A stretch of 64,000 nt of DNA from Octopus vulgaris (GCA_951406725.2 OX597822.1:6696001-6760000), one strand, 5' to 3'. Positions 14,233-27,289 are shown, counted from the first letter of the stretch. Notes: generated by a model from the sequence alone, not told the origin. A program made the numbers and translations.

Positions 14233-14879
14233 AGAGCAGCAGGAGTAGCCGTTGTTGTGATAGTAGTAATATTTGCATAGCTTCAAATGAGTTTCCATGT
14301 CGCATTAATTACATATCTGAGAATGGTATTAAGTCTCATTTAGGCAAACATTATAACAAGTTATTCATGAATATACGATGAAATATGATTAAAACTAAAC
14401 AAACGGGAAAAAGTAAATGACAAAACTCTGCTTTCACTTACAAAGAAAATTGTTAATATAAATGAAAAAAAAATCCTCATTGAATAGTCCCAACACTTGC
14501 TTTTGTTTTTTTCAATAGTATCTTGTTTTGCATAATTTAGTTTCATTGGTTTGTTTCCTTTCCTGTCTAACTGTATCAATAACTACTGTAATATACTAAG
14601 TTTATGATTTGTTGACACAGTAAAAGTAAATTATAAAAACAATCACGTCTCAAACATTGAAATTCTAATTTGTTTGATATGAGGACAGATTTATGAAATT
14701 CGCTTCATTTCGAAATTAATGAAAATAACAACAACGGTAGTAAAGAATGGAAGGAAAATCATCGACAGTGATTGGTGAATAGATTTTAAATTGGTACGGG
14801 TACGCGCATGAGTGCCAGCAGTGTAAGAACAATGTTTCCTAGCCATATGGTCCAGGGTTCAGTTGACATATGCAGACAT

Positions 14880-15595
14880 TTTCATCGTCATAGTCTCGAA
14901 CACCAGAAACATAAACCTCATCGGCAAGAGCAAAACGTAAGCACAAAAAAAGTCAGTGGGTCTGCGGCTTGGCACCCAGAGAGGCAGGTTCATGCCATCC
15001 AACAACATGATGGTATGTTGGCCGGATGAGCGGTGAATTGCTTGGTGTGTGGCTCAGTGCGGATTACCAAATGAGGAAGAACTAGGATGATGTAACTAGT
15101 AGGATAGGCAATCTCACCCAAAAATTGGTGGAGTGAAAGCTGTGTCAGATATTTCGGGCAGACGAATGCATACATCGCCTTCGTTATATATTGACGCTTG
15201 ACCGCTGTGAGTTGCCCTCATTTACGTCTGCCCATACCGGAGAACGTGCTACTATACTTTCTGTGGAAACAACGCATTCTGCTGGCCAGGTGTTTCATTG
15301 GTGGTGTGGCAAGAATGGTGCAAGTGAACGGACTCACTCTAAGCATCCATCTGTAGATTGAAGGAAGATAATTGGGAAAAAGCACCTGCCCTAGTGATCA
15401 AATGGATCGCAGTTATGTGGAATCTGAACGAGCAGCCTTAGGTAGTCTCACTCTTTTTCAGGAACTTTTATTTCTTAGAATTTGTATTGTTTTCGTTTGT
15501 ATTTTTAGGGGTTTCTTATTTTGTAACTCTACATTATATTGTCTTATACCATCCCCATTGGATTCTGTGAACCATTAGTCGTAAATGAATAAAAC
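14880..15595 (+). mobile_element. Tx1/L1-like LINE ORF2 3' fragment, degraded
   Basis: NAYIAFVIY*RLTAVSCP..ENVLLYFLWK resembles the post-RT thumb of Tx1 elements; AATAAA near 15588. Confidence 0.6.
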
Positions 15596-15609
15596 GCTAT
15601 TATTGATGT

Positions 15610-15725
15610 TAAGGGGACGAGCAGGCACAATCTTTAGCTCATCCCGCGAAATGCTTAGCGGTATTTCGTCTGTCATCAAGTTCTGTGTTCTAGTATCTCT
15701 GAGGATGACTTTGCCTTTCATCTTC
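15610..15725 (+). mobile_element. tRNA-derived SINE fragment
   Basis: aaatgcttagcggtatttcgtctg..gactttgcctttcatc matches the 17109 family. Confidence 0.7.
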
Positions 15726-16092
15726 TTGCTGGTGGGGCCCACTTAGAATTTTCATAATGTCGAGTAGCCCATCCTGCTCAAAATGCCCTTGTTTAAGGGT
15801 TGTTTAAGGATGTTGAGCGAAGCACCCATGTTTCCAGAAGAATAATTCCTCTCAACACATGGCTATGATGCTCCCTACAACTTCTCTTGTGATCAGAAAT
15901 GCACATATCATCAGCCACCAGGGGCTTGTTCAACTGGTTACGGTCAAACAACTGACAAGCAAATCTGTGGTATTGAGCAGAATATTTGCTGTACCCCATC
16001 TTGTACCTACCAAGACGAGACAATGTGCATGATAACACTTCCAATCAGTTAAGATCAGAAGCTATGAGAGCCAATACCTAGTACTGGGTATT
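15726..16092 (-). repeat. unclassified interspersed repeat (possibly the 5' region of the Dong-like family)
   Basis: gtggtattgagcagaatatttgctgtaccccatc recurs at ~17544-17605 and, diverged, at ~62580-62780. Confidence 0.65.
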
Positions 16093-16111
16093 TATTATCA
16101 TTATTATTACT

Positions 16112-16147
<36 letters not shown>

Positions 16148-16149
<2 letters not shown>

Positions 16150-16935
16150 TCAGTAATCTTATTTTTATCACCTGCTTTTACTGCCTACCAAACGCAGCTC
16201 TGTGTGCCTTGGGTATGTGCTGTGGTTTGTTGTGACGTCCTTCTTGTTACTGTATTGAAATTGTTTTGCGTAGGATGTGTGTGGTGCCTAGTAGTGCTAT
16301 TTTCTCTATGTTATATATATATTCGTTTGTCCTGGTGCTTTACGTATTTGTCTGAATATTTTTTATCATACCTAATGCACCTACTATGATAGGAATTGTT
16401 TCTGTTTTTAGATTCCACATTCTGGTTACCTCTGTTTCCAGGTCTTTGTATTTTGAGAGTTTCTCCATTTCTTTTAGAGACACGTTGTCATCTGCCGGTA
16501 TTGATACATCAATTAGAAAGCATTTTTTTCTTCATGATGTCTGACAACTATATCTGGTCTGTTGGCCTTAATTTCTCTGCCTGTGTGTATCGGCATATCC
16601 CAGAGTATGGTTGCTTTCTCATTTTCTGTGACCTTTTATGGCGTGTGCCTATACTATCTTTTTTCTGTTGTTATTCCATAATGTTGGCATAGCTTCCAGT
16701 GTATGTAGGTTCCAACTCTGTCATGTCTGTGAATATATTCCTTCTTAGTCAAAACTGGGCAGCCAGAGACAATATGGTTTATTGTTTCTTGTCCATCTCC
16801 ACATATTCTGCAGTAACGTGTTATGTTTCTTTTCATTACATGGTTTTGGTAATTTCTAGTGGGGAGGCTTTGATATTGAACTGCAATTAAAAATCCTTCA
16901 GTCTCTTCTTTGCGTTTTGAGCTTCTCAGCTATTG
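16148..16935 (-). mobile_element. Dong/R4-like retrotransposon 3' end (CCHC + RLE + 3' UTR)
   Basis: ETEGFLIA, CRICGDGQETINHIVSGC, RHDRVGTYIHWKLC, ILWD, ANRPDIVV, IDVSIP; same family as 13702-14065; flanked by (CAT)n. Confidence 0.93.
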
Positions 16936-16969
16936 TTGGGATTTTGCTTTGTCTATTTCTTTTGCGTTT

Positions 16970-17018
<49 letters not shown>

Positions 17019-17108
17019 CCATCAGCAGCAGCTAAGGCATCAGCATCAGCAGCACAGCATCATCAGCATCAGCAGCAGCAGCAGCATCAGCATCTTCATT
17101 ATCATTAA

Positions 17109-17320
17109 GGTGGCATGCTGGCAGAATTGTTAGCATTCCGAGCAGAAAACTTAGTGGCATTTCGTCTGTCCTTATGTTCTGAGTTCCAATTTCGTCGAGG
17201 TCGACTTTGCCTATTGCCCTTTCGATGTCGATAAAATGAGTACCACTTGAGCACTGGCGTTGATGTAATGGACGAAACCCCTCCCCTGAAATTGCTGGTC
17301 TTGTTCCTAAACTTGAAATT
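17109..17320 (+). mobile_element. full-length tRNA-derived SINE
   Basis: GGTGGCATGCTGGCAGAATTG head, GAGTTCCAATTTC B-box-like motif, (TTA)n tail. Confidence 0.85.
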
Positions 17321-17324
17321 ATCA

Positions 17325-17398
<74 letters not shown>

Positions 17399-17404
<6 letters not shown>

Positions 17405-17606
17405 TAGTTTTATTTTTTATATCGTGCTTTCACTTCACTACCGAGCGCAGCTCTGTGTGCCTTGGGTATGTGCTGTGATTTGTTGTGTTGCTCTGATGGT
17501 TATTGTATGGAAAGTGTTCTGCGTAGGATGAGTGCAGTGCCTAGTGGTATTGAGCAGAATATTTGCTGTACCCCATCTTTTATACCAAGACGAAACAATG
17601 TATATA
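17399..17606 (-). mobile_element. short chimeric element: unclassified repeat joined to the Dong-like 3' end, inside (TAA)n
   Basis: 17399-17545 matches 13702-13846; 17544-17605 matches ~15967-16030. Confidence 0.8.
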
Positions 17607-17637
17607 ATAATTATTATTATTATTATTATTTTTATTA

Positions 17638-17719
<82 letters not shown>

Positions 17720-17749
17720 CATCATCATTATTATTATATTAGTATTGCA

Positions 17750-19980
17750 TAATTTCTGGATCTTTGAACAGGATTGTAATATTTTAAGTTGGCTGCTAAT
17801 TTGATAAGATTGATCGAATGTTTGATAGCATAAAATATCTAATAGGGAAAGAAACGCGAGTGATAATGTCCGTAATATGTTACACAATGCGCAACACGAC
17901 AATGGCATAGCTTGTTAATAACAATAAATGTTCATCAAAATATTCCAGAAAGTGTCTATGAAGATTTATTTCTACAACATCGAAAGCTCTGCGAGAAATT
18001 AACGATAAGGAACAGGGAAGATGTTTATCTATCTCAAGGACGTTTAACTGTGATTCGAAAATTTTCGGTTGTACTGAAGCCATTGAACTTGAAATATTAG
18101 GAGCAGAACCAGAAAATCTGATTAAATCTAATCATATTCATCCCCATGGTTGTTACTAATCTTAAAAAATTGGAATTAAAGCATTGGATGTAATATATAT
18201 GTCAATCAGTTCAAGATGACATCTATTTGTACGAGTAGCACAACATTGCATTAGAATGTTTTTAGTTATTTAACACAAGGCTTAATACAAGGGAATGATT
18301 GATATCAAAATTTTAGGTTGAAAAATCTGCAGAAAATTGCCGATCCTCATGACGTCATTGTGTAACAGGTAATTTTGGAACACTTATAGATCTTGTTCTA
18401 TATGTAAATATTGTGAATATTAGCACGCAGAAATTTGCACTTCCTGAAGAAAACTCGTCTTAGAATTTTGGAGAAAAATGTCATTTTTGGGCAATGTTCT
18501 AATCCACGATGTATGGTTGAGGAAGCTAAGACTGAGAATTTTGCGAGTATTTAGGAAATGCTGCTATGATCAGTGTAAAACTCAATAACGTTTATGGTGA
18601 AATGCAAATTAAGACTGACAACCAAGCAATTATAATGCCTCTTAAATTCTGATGGATTTGAATAAACCGAAATTTTGAAAATGTAATCTCAAACTAAAAT
18701 AATTTGATGGATTATTCATTGGAATTGTTGGGAAGTTTTACACATTATTGGAAACCGATAAGACGATAGATGGTGTGCGTGTTGTTGATGTGGAATGTAA
18801 TAAAAATATCATGGTTTGTTTGGTATGGACGTGATGAATACTGATAGGTCAACATTAACTCTTGTGACTGAAGCTCCGGGATAATTTTGGAGTATAAAAT
18901 GATTTAAGCATAACAATCTTCAGAAAGGAAATTAATATCAGGCGTGTTCTTTCAATCCAAGAATATTGTCAATAGACATTGAACCATTAGTCATAATGAT
19001 ATTGAAGAAACTAATTAAGAATGTTCTGTGAGCTGTTCCTATTCGTAAATGTGACTCTCCTATATTTGCTCTGACCAAGGCTGAGTGAAATTTTAGAATA
19101 TAAGGAGACTATAAAATATGTTAAAAGAAAGAATGTGTTCTGGTTTTTATCCAAGTACTGAATCGATCCATTAATGTCTTTCGAACATGAATTAGTTTCC
19201 TAAATTCAAATTAAAGGTGTATGATCAGATAGAAATGTCTAAAATACACTAATAGGTCCTTTTACAATAACAAAGGTGAACGTAGCTTCAATGGGAAATT
19301 AAAGCAGGCAACACCACGCGTCAGAGATCATTTGAACATGTTGATGTGGTACGGCATTTATACTGATATTATTTATGAAGATGAAATATTTATTGGTGTT
19401 AAAACTTTTGGAAATCTATACATCAAAGTAGATAAGATCATAAAAGTTTAGAATTATCAGACATGGTGATTAATTGCGATAAATGTGTTAGAGACTGATT
19501 AATTGTCTTCGGAGAATATAGACTAACAAAGGAAAATAATTCACCAGATCATTGTTCAGTAGTAAGAAGTATAGATGTAAAATCTACAAAAGGATAAGAA
19601 GTAGAGTCTTTTCTCTGACTTGTTAATTTTTCTGGAACTGGTATTGACCATTATTTAGACTGTATTCGCGCTTGCATCGTTTCGTGTACGTGGTGTCTCA
19701 TTTTCATTGAGAATACAACCACAAAATGTATTGGAGTACACCAATCTAATACAAGTATTTAAGTCAGTGATTCATCTATTTATGATGTCTTAAAAGAACT
19801 TAGCCATTGATGCAAATGAAAAGTCAATATCAGGAATAATTTCATAAAGATGGGCTAAACGAATTTGGGACAGGACACTGAAGTATGGAGAAAGGCACAC
19901 GGGCACGGCATGTTTGGGTTGGCATAATGTTTATATTGGTCTCAAGTCATAGGTCACTAGAATTTATTTGAAGCATTTGT
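17750..19980 (+). mobile_element. ancient Gypsy-like gag-pol relic
   Basis: scattered remnants in the expected order: Cys knuckle (~18330), GLFGMD (protease end, ~18815), YEDEIFI (RT YxDD, ~19375), DANEKSISGI (RNase H, ~19810); no open frame. Confidence 0.45.
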
Positions 19981-20159
19981 GGTTTGTCGAAATTAGTATC
20001 TACTCAATTGATGTGATGTTACAAATGACAGTATTTGAGAAGATAATTTCTTATGGAAAACGTTCACAAATGCTACCCGTTAATACTGAATTATATACTA
20101 ATAATGTTGCTTTTGATTAAAACTTATCGAGGTGATGATGGTATTTCATCTATTCTTTT

Positions 20160-20800
20160 ACTTGTTGCACATGAAAACGCAGTGTCCATGAGACGTTATA
20201 AGTTTGGTGAGGTGGATGCGGTTAATGCTTCGTCTAAACTGGGGAATGTTAATACCTGCAGAAAAGACAGGTGTACGGAAAAGATCCTAGTGAGCCAATG
20301 CTGCTGTGGATAGGGAAAAAGAGGGTTGAGGATGCTTGGTTGGGAAAGTATGCGAGTAACCTACTCTGAAGAAGAATGGCCATTATAGCAGCAATGGAAA
20401 AGGCAGAAAGAGAGGGTTATATGCCCTGGGGGCAGAAACTCGAGACTGAATATCTGTCAGTCGGATTCCTTCTCTCTGACTGTCAGGCAGCCTGTGACAG
20501 ATGTGGGTACAGTACTCTGTTTTGGGTCTCATGCAAGACTTGTGAAATTTCAGCAGGGTTCTTAACATTCTTTCGAATCAGAAGGGAAAAGCCAGTCTCG
20601 CTATGCAGTGGTAGCTTTATAAAGGATATGTTTTTCTGGGAGAATTCTTCGATGATAGTGACGCTTTGTTTTTGGATAAACTCAGTGGGCTCTAACTCAG
20701 CGGATCTCAGGTTTAGTGGTGTAAGTGTAGTTGATTTGAGTAGCGATCGAGTTTTATTATTATCATTGAAAGAGCCAAGGTTGACATGAAGAATTTCTCA
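20160..20800 (-). mobile_element. CR1/L2-group LINE 3' end, degraded
   Basis: MRPKTEYCTHI..DSQREGIRL, YNGHSSSE and FRRSINRIHLT resemble the CR1/L2 RT C-terminus. Confidence 0.7.
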
Positions 20801-20999
20801 ATTTCTCCGTTTGTAGCAAATAAAGTTATTAACTGCAAAAAATACAATTGAATAATATCAAAGAAAACACTTTAGTGTATTAAAAATATATTTATTATAT
20901 CAATTGTTTTTGCTTCTAAATTCATTTATGTCCTCAATAAATAAACTAATATTTTAAGATGGTATCTAAAGCAAGGAAAAGGTTATTGTTCTAACCCGT

Positions 21000-21590
21000 C
21001 TAAGATCATTGACTATTAAAGTTTTATATGATGAAGGGCAAAACGCCCCACGTCCAATAGACGGTGCTGAGTTGTCAAACATTTCAACCAAATTTTCTTA
21101 AAGCAACTTGTCCGACCGTCCCATAGGCTTCCCCTTTGAGAAACACTGATTTAACTTAAATTTGAGACACCAGCAAAAGAAGATATAAAGACAGACTTTC
21201 TTTCTATTCCAAAGAAAAACGATTTTATTCACACAAATATGCAACCGACGAGTTTAAAGTACCAGTAATGATAAGGCTGTTGACTGGGAGAACGCAAACA
21301 TGGTTTAAACAGTAAGCTTGGCAGGAAAGAAATGTGCCTTTAAGCAGTACAAAAACAACAAAAAATGGAAGATGCAGTTATATACAGGTTGACGGAAGAA
21401 AAGCAGGACAAAAACGACTTTATCGATCGCATTCTCACCTAGAATCGATTTTTGTAATTTTTCCAAGACTTATACACGCCCTGATACCGTCGGTATCTAC
21501 ATATCAAATTTGAGTGCAATCGGATGGAGGATGCCCGAGATCCGAGAAGACAGACCGATAGACAGACAGAACGAATTTTATATAAGTGAT
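21000..21590 (+). mobile_element. non-autonomous Helitron/Helentron-like repeat
   Basis: 21060-21244 is homologous to 63271-63439; the 3' part has aaatttgagtgcaatcgg..(GACA)n..ttttatata, typical of DINE/Lep1-like elements. Confidence 0.55.
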
Positions 21591-22750
21591 ATACAATGTG
21601 GTTCAATGGAAACATGAAATCGGCTCAAATTAGAAGCATTGAGGATCAATATTTGACCGTTAGGTGAGACATCGTAAATGAGTGAGAATGAAACGAAAAT
21701 ACCTGTCAGTGACTAAATAAACTTAAGTGATTAATATAAGGATATGTGGACATATTGTACACACCACATGTCACGTACATAGAACTGTCCGTAGTACATA
21801 ATCAATGTATGTTATTCGAAACCAGAAGAATTAAGATTTAAGTATGAAGAAGGAAGTGCTGGACTCCAGCACTGTGTTTAGAGAGATGTTTAAAAAAACT
21901 TTGCTGTTTGAAAGTATATAGCTTGAAATATCGAATATTAATCCGATGGAAATATTTCTGTCATCCAGAATCAAAGGGAATACTTGCAGACTGATTTCAT
22001 GTATTCAAATCGTTTTAAAATCATATTCACCAAGTAAAAACGTTCTACTAATGCAAATACATACTTCATCCATACAAATTAACGGAAAATCACTGATTCA
22101 AGAAAACATTTTAACCCATCTTTTGCAATGAGCTCAAAAATACAATCACAAACTAACGTGTCTTATAAAATGGTTATTCCCGATATTTACAATAGCGATG
22201 AAAACTAACGTTGATTTTGGGACCCGTAGTGATTGTTTAAGATTAATAATTTATATTCGCTCATGTAGATTCATTAAACACTGACACATATGTTGAGAAT
22301 GGGCAAATTGCAGAGTTAGTCACGTGCACATTAATAATCTGAACATTACTTTCAAAGGATGCGATGTAATAACTAATACAATTAGAAAATATAGAAGCAG
22401 TTCTTAAGTAAAATGAACAGAGCGAAAGTAATTCCTTACTTTGTGATATGAAACTATTGCTAAGCTAATAGTGTATGCATTTCGGAAAAAAAAGTTCAAT
22501 ATTCAACTCCGAGGAACCTGGTTCATAAATGAAAATAGATATATAGATAATAAATTTCTGAACGAGATATAAACACTAACTGCACGACAATATGAGGTAT
22601 ACTTGCCATCTCAACATGGCTAACCGCTAAGGGTGGGTGTTACTGTAGCTTGTAGCCCCAGGAGAACATCGTCTCCAGCTGGATTGAGGCACACTTTCTG
22701 TGTCCTTATGGTATTTGCAAAGGGAGGTCATGCCTCCCTCGTCAACCCAA

Positions 22751-22809
22751 GTGATACGCACGGACTGCAGTTTCTAGGTATTTACCTGTCTTCAGCATAC
22801 GTCAATCAC
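22751..22809 (-). ncRNA. type I hammerhead ribozyme
   Basis: exact reverse complement of 23074-23132. Confidence 0.85.
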
Positions 22810-23073
22810 CGGTTTTCGATGAAGGGAGTCCCAATGCAAATCATTATATATCGTTTTTCCAGTAACTTTTCGTTACAAGCTACAGTAACACCCACCCTTA
22901 GCGGTTGGCCATATTGAGATGGCAAGTATACTCCATATTGTCGTGCAGTTACTGCTTATATCTCGTTCAGAGATTTATTATTGCTTGCAGACAGTTTTTT
23001 GAGATCAGTGACGAAAAATTACTGGAAAAACCATATAAGGATTTGCATTGGGACTCCCTTTCATCGAAAACCG

Positions 23074-23132
23074 GTGATTGACGTATGCTGAAGACAGGTA
23101 AATACCTAGAAACTGCAGTCCGTGCGTATCAC
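23074..23132 (+). ncRNA. type I hammerhead ribozyme
   Basis: helix I GUGAU-ug-ACGUAUG/CGUGCGU-AUCAC, core CUGAAGA, helix II AGGU-aaau-ACCU, GAAA, palindromic helix III ACUGCAGU, GUC cleavage triplet at 23118-23120. Confidence 0.85.
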
Positions 23133-23414
23133 TTAGGTTGACGAGGGAGGGGTGACCTCCCTTTGAAAATACCATAAAGGCACATAAAGTGTGCCTAAAG
23201 CCAGCTGGAGACGATGTTCTCCTGGGGCTACAAGCTACAGTAACACCCACCCTTAGCGGTTAGCCATATTGAGATGGCAAGTATAACCTGATATATAGAT
23301 AGAAAAACAGAAATAACCTGTGTGTTTGTATCTGGGTATTTTTATATTTATGCAACTATATATGTATATATGCAGAGAGTGCAATTATGCAAGTAGATAT
23401 GTATGTGTTATGTA

Positions 23415-24330
23415 GTCAAACTCATTTGTACCCCGCCCTACCAGCTGAAATCAAATGGGCAGGCAGAATGATTCGTAGACACTGTTAAGGGGGGACTAAA
23501 AGAAGCAAGGAACGAGATAGATGTGACGAAGCGCTAATACAATTCTTCAGTGTGTACAGAATAATGTCCAATCTGAATACCAGTTCAAGTAAGTCACCTG
23601 CAAAGCTAATGATCGCTCGGAAGATAAAAATTTATCTTCGACAAATTTCCAAAGAAAAAATAGTATAGAGAAAATACAAAAAATCCAACAAAGTATTTCG
23701 ATGTCCAATTCATAATGTACAAGAAGTGTAAAAAAAGGTTGGGAGAACGGTATATTGACTAAGCGAATTGGAAACAGGATGTTTTTAATAAAAGGCCAAC
23801 GATGGGAGCATAAACGACACCTAAATCAATTAAAAACTAGATATAGGGAGGAAAGGAAGGAAATTCCAATGGAAGTGTTTTACGACATGTTCAATGTGCC
23901 AGCGCCAAAAGAGATTGGGTATAGAAGGAGTAGTAATAGAAAATGTAAACAAACTGAAAATTTGGAAATAATTCCTAAGCGAAAAGTAATTGAACTCTCT
24001 CGGGAATCAAAATCTCAAGAAGGGAGAGGTGTTGGAATGAAAAAATATGAATAAAGTAAAATAAATTTATTTTCATGCGTAAGTTGAAATCTCAAAAACG
24101 GAGATGTTGTGGCGAGAGTAGAAACATCTATTGCCAGAATGGTCTCACCGAAAGATTATAAATTGTAGCGGTCAGAGTGAGATAGAGACAGAGACGCCGT
24201 TAATTGCAGGAAATCGTAAGGTGTCGTTTGTCAGAATTTCGTTTGTTGGTTCGTGTATAATTCGTGGAGAGTTTGTTGGATTGTTACGTTGTTGTTGTCC
24301 TGCTTCGCTATATGTTTATTGTTACTACAC
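23415..24330 (+). mobile_element. Gypsy-like integrase C-terminus, PPT and probable 3' LTR
   Basis: TPPYQLKSNGQAE*FVDTVK, KSPAKLM, KRIGNRMF..RHLNQLK; PPT AAGAAGGGAGAGG followed by TGTT at 24030. Confidence 0.8.
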
Positions 24331-24798
24331 GGTTATAGTACAAAAAGTATCGTCATAAATATTGGCGATATGTATATGCAGGTTGCGAGGGTAAGTGAGA
24401 AAAACGTTATCATTAAGACAAAAATGTTATTTTTCACATATCACTGGGCCCCTACATCCTTAGGTCTGATAGAGATCTGACATATATATATGAGGAAGTG
24501 AACTTCGTGTAAAACGCCTATGGTATCTGGTTGTAGTGTTATACCAGGCCACGAGTTAAGATCACAACGTGGGTTCCAGTGGATCCGAGTCGGAAAATCC
24601 TAACACATTAGCTACCCACCTTCGTGGTTGAAAATACTACCCTCATAGACAATGGCATTGTTTGAACACCAAACACAAAGAGCCGGAAGAAATGGTGCCA
24701 CTCAAATTTGCTACATGTTTTAAAGAACTGAGAGATTAAAAGTGAAATACGACTCTCCTCGGTGTATGAACATAAAACGTAAAAGCCCAGAAGAAATA

Positions 24799-27289
24799 CA
24801 CTGGGCGACAAGATTAAATGTATTTTTCTCATGAATGCAAACTAACTTTTTTGGACTAATTTTTTCATGCTGATTTCAAATTTCAAAATTTCACTCCATT
24901 TGTGTAGGCATATGAGTGGCTGTGTGTTAAGTAGCTTGCTTACAAACCACATGGTTCCGGGTTCAGTCCCACTGCATGGTATCTTGGGCAAGTGTCTTCT
25001 ACTATAGCCTCGGGCTGACCAAAGCTTTGTGAATGGATTTGGTAGACGGAAACTGAAAGAAGCCTGTCGTATATATGTATATATATATGTATGTGTGTTT
25101 GTGTGTCTGTGTTTGTCTCCCCTCCCAACATAGCTTGATAACCGATGCTGGTGTGTTTATGTCCCCGTAACTTAGCGGTTCTGCACAAAAGACTGATAGA
25201 ATAAGTACAAAGGCTTACAAACAATAAGGTGCTCCAGCATGGCCACAGTCAAATGACTGAAACAAGTAAAAGAGTAGAGTATGCAGCACTATCTGTATTT
25301 CACTAGATACATGCAAATATTTACACAATTGTATATATGAATTCATTAACGTAATAAATAAGAACTTATTATTTTTAAAAAGTAAATGAGTTTATTGAGT
25401 AAGAAACCATCACTATCATTCTACAAAGAGAGAATACACAAAAAATGGGTCAGACAAAACAAAGTTGGAACAAGAGTTAGAAACATTCTGATTTGGATTT
25501 CCTGCTGTGTTCCTGATCTGGTTGATCACGGTAAAGTGTCCAGCCGCAGTCAGCCTGCATACTGTCATTGCAGACGCCTTGGTACCGTTTCTCCATAGCA
25601 CGAATATCCTGGTGGAATCTTTCACCATGTTCATCAGATGGGACAACCCATTGCTGAGTAACATTTCAGAAGGTTCTTGATGTCATACTTGTAGTCCATT
25701 GCCTTCTTGTTGCCCAAGAAATTCTCACAGATGCAACTGAAAGCATTCCAGGCAAGAATTTCCAGTTCATCCAGTGTTGTCTTGAATTCGACATCTTCTC
25801 TGATTTGGGACCCTACAAAGATACCTTCTTTCAACTTCCCCTGCGTGATTTTGGGAAGGTGTTCTACAATATACTCAAACCCTTTGTCATTTCTCTTTCC
25901 TAGTGTCTTTACAAACTCTTGCATCGGTCCAAGCTTTATCTGCAAAGGAGGCGATAGGACATTACATGGATCTAGAAGAGGTGTATTCTTGACGCTAGAC
26001 AGTCCTGGCTGGAATGATGTTCTAGTCTGCCAGTTTAATTCCGAATAATGCCAGTCATTTACTTGACTATCACACAGATGCAAGAAACCACAATATTTTG
26101 TAAAACCTGACAAAATTCCCATTAAAATTCCAATCAATTTTAAATATTCGCATGTTTTCCATGAGTGTATTTCTTAGGCGATGGCATGAAGTAAAAGTTC
26201 CATACCTTCATATGATTCATGTGCAACAGGAAGCGAGGGCTTCAAATTGCCATTATGGAGAAGTACAGATTTTAAATTCATATTGAAGAGTCGATAAACA
26301 GACACTACTCTGTGGGTCATTATTTTGTGATAAACATTCGGAAAGTCTAACGAGGTTACCGAAAGAGCAAAAGTGGGCTTTCAAAAGAAAAACACGTTTA
26401 TAGAACCACATTCCTCTGCCGAAAATAAATTATACAAACACCATGCTCTACCAGATGCTTCTCCTTCAGTCTTGATGCCAACAATTCTGCTTTATCTTTT
26501 GAGAAGGATAGGTCTCTGACAAGGTCATTCAGTTCAGCTTGGGAAAATTTCTGAAGTTCAAAGCTATCGTCCTCGGCCACGTAATCTACATCAGAAGCAC
26601 TATCGTGACAGTCAGCATCATCTTCTGATGTTTCAATATCATCATCTGGTAGAACTGGAATTGCCGGACTTCCATTATGAATCATGGAAGCTATTTGAGC
26701 AAGCTGAGCAGATAAAACGTGTTGCCCATAACTTCACCTGATTTCCAAGAGGACAGTCAAAGTAATGCTTATAAATCTTCCTCTGGTGTTATTGTACGCT
26801 TTTGAGTTTTTACAATAAATTGTGCACAGACATAACAAAACTCACCAGGACGATTTCTACACTGTCTTGACATTGTAAACACTGTAAAACAAGTAAGGAA
26901 ATAAATACACATGGTTGTATTGAATTTGAGATGATGAAACATTTCATCAGACCAATTATGACTGGACAATTTGAGATGTTGAAATATCTATTTCATCAGA
27001 CATAAGTTAATTGACTAATTTAAGACGATGAAAATATTGCATCTGAACTATGCAGCAATGAATAATGTAGTTTATTGTAAATGTATGTTTCCATAATGTA
27101 AATTAAATAAATGCATACACGTCATTAACAGGAATTTCTATATAATGCATGAGCTAAAAAACCAAAACTTTCTCATCTTGAAAACTGTACGTGATGTCAA
27201 AAAACTAATTGTATATTTGAAATCGGCATTAAAAAGTACATTAGGTACACCTTGACATATGTTTGATGAAAAATACCTGTTGACAAGTG
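24799..27289 (-). mobile_element. Chapaev3-like (CMC superfamily) DNA transposon, full-length but degraded, ATA TSD
   Basis: CRNRPGEFCYVC, FSQAELNDLVRDLSFSKDKAELLASRLKE, GFTKYC, PPLQIKLG, KLKEGIFVGSQIR, FLGN; termini ATA|CACTG ... AAGTG|ATA with imperfect subterminal IRs. Confidence 0.88.
24906..25279 (+). mobile_element. tRNA-derived CORE-like SINE inserted in the Chapaev3 element
   Basis: A box GTGGCTGTGTG, B box GGTTCAGTCCC, CORE-like CTTGGGCAAGT, 3' ATGACTGAAAC; same family at 53290 and 61905. Confidence 0.88.

Larger units (their letters stand above)
22548..23292. mobile_element. inverted-repeat cluster of Penelope-type pLTR / retrozyme-like units
   Basis: A(22548-22654) B(22655-22872) A'(22874-22980) spacer B'(23010-23228) A'(23229-23292); each B carries a hammerhead. 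Confidence 0.8.
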
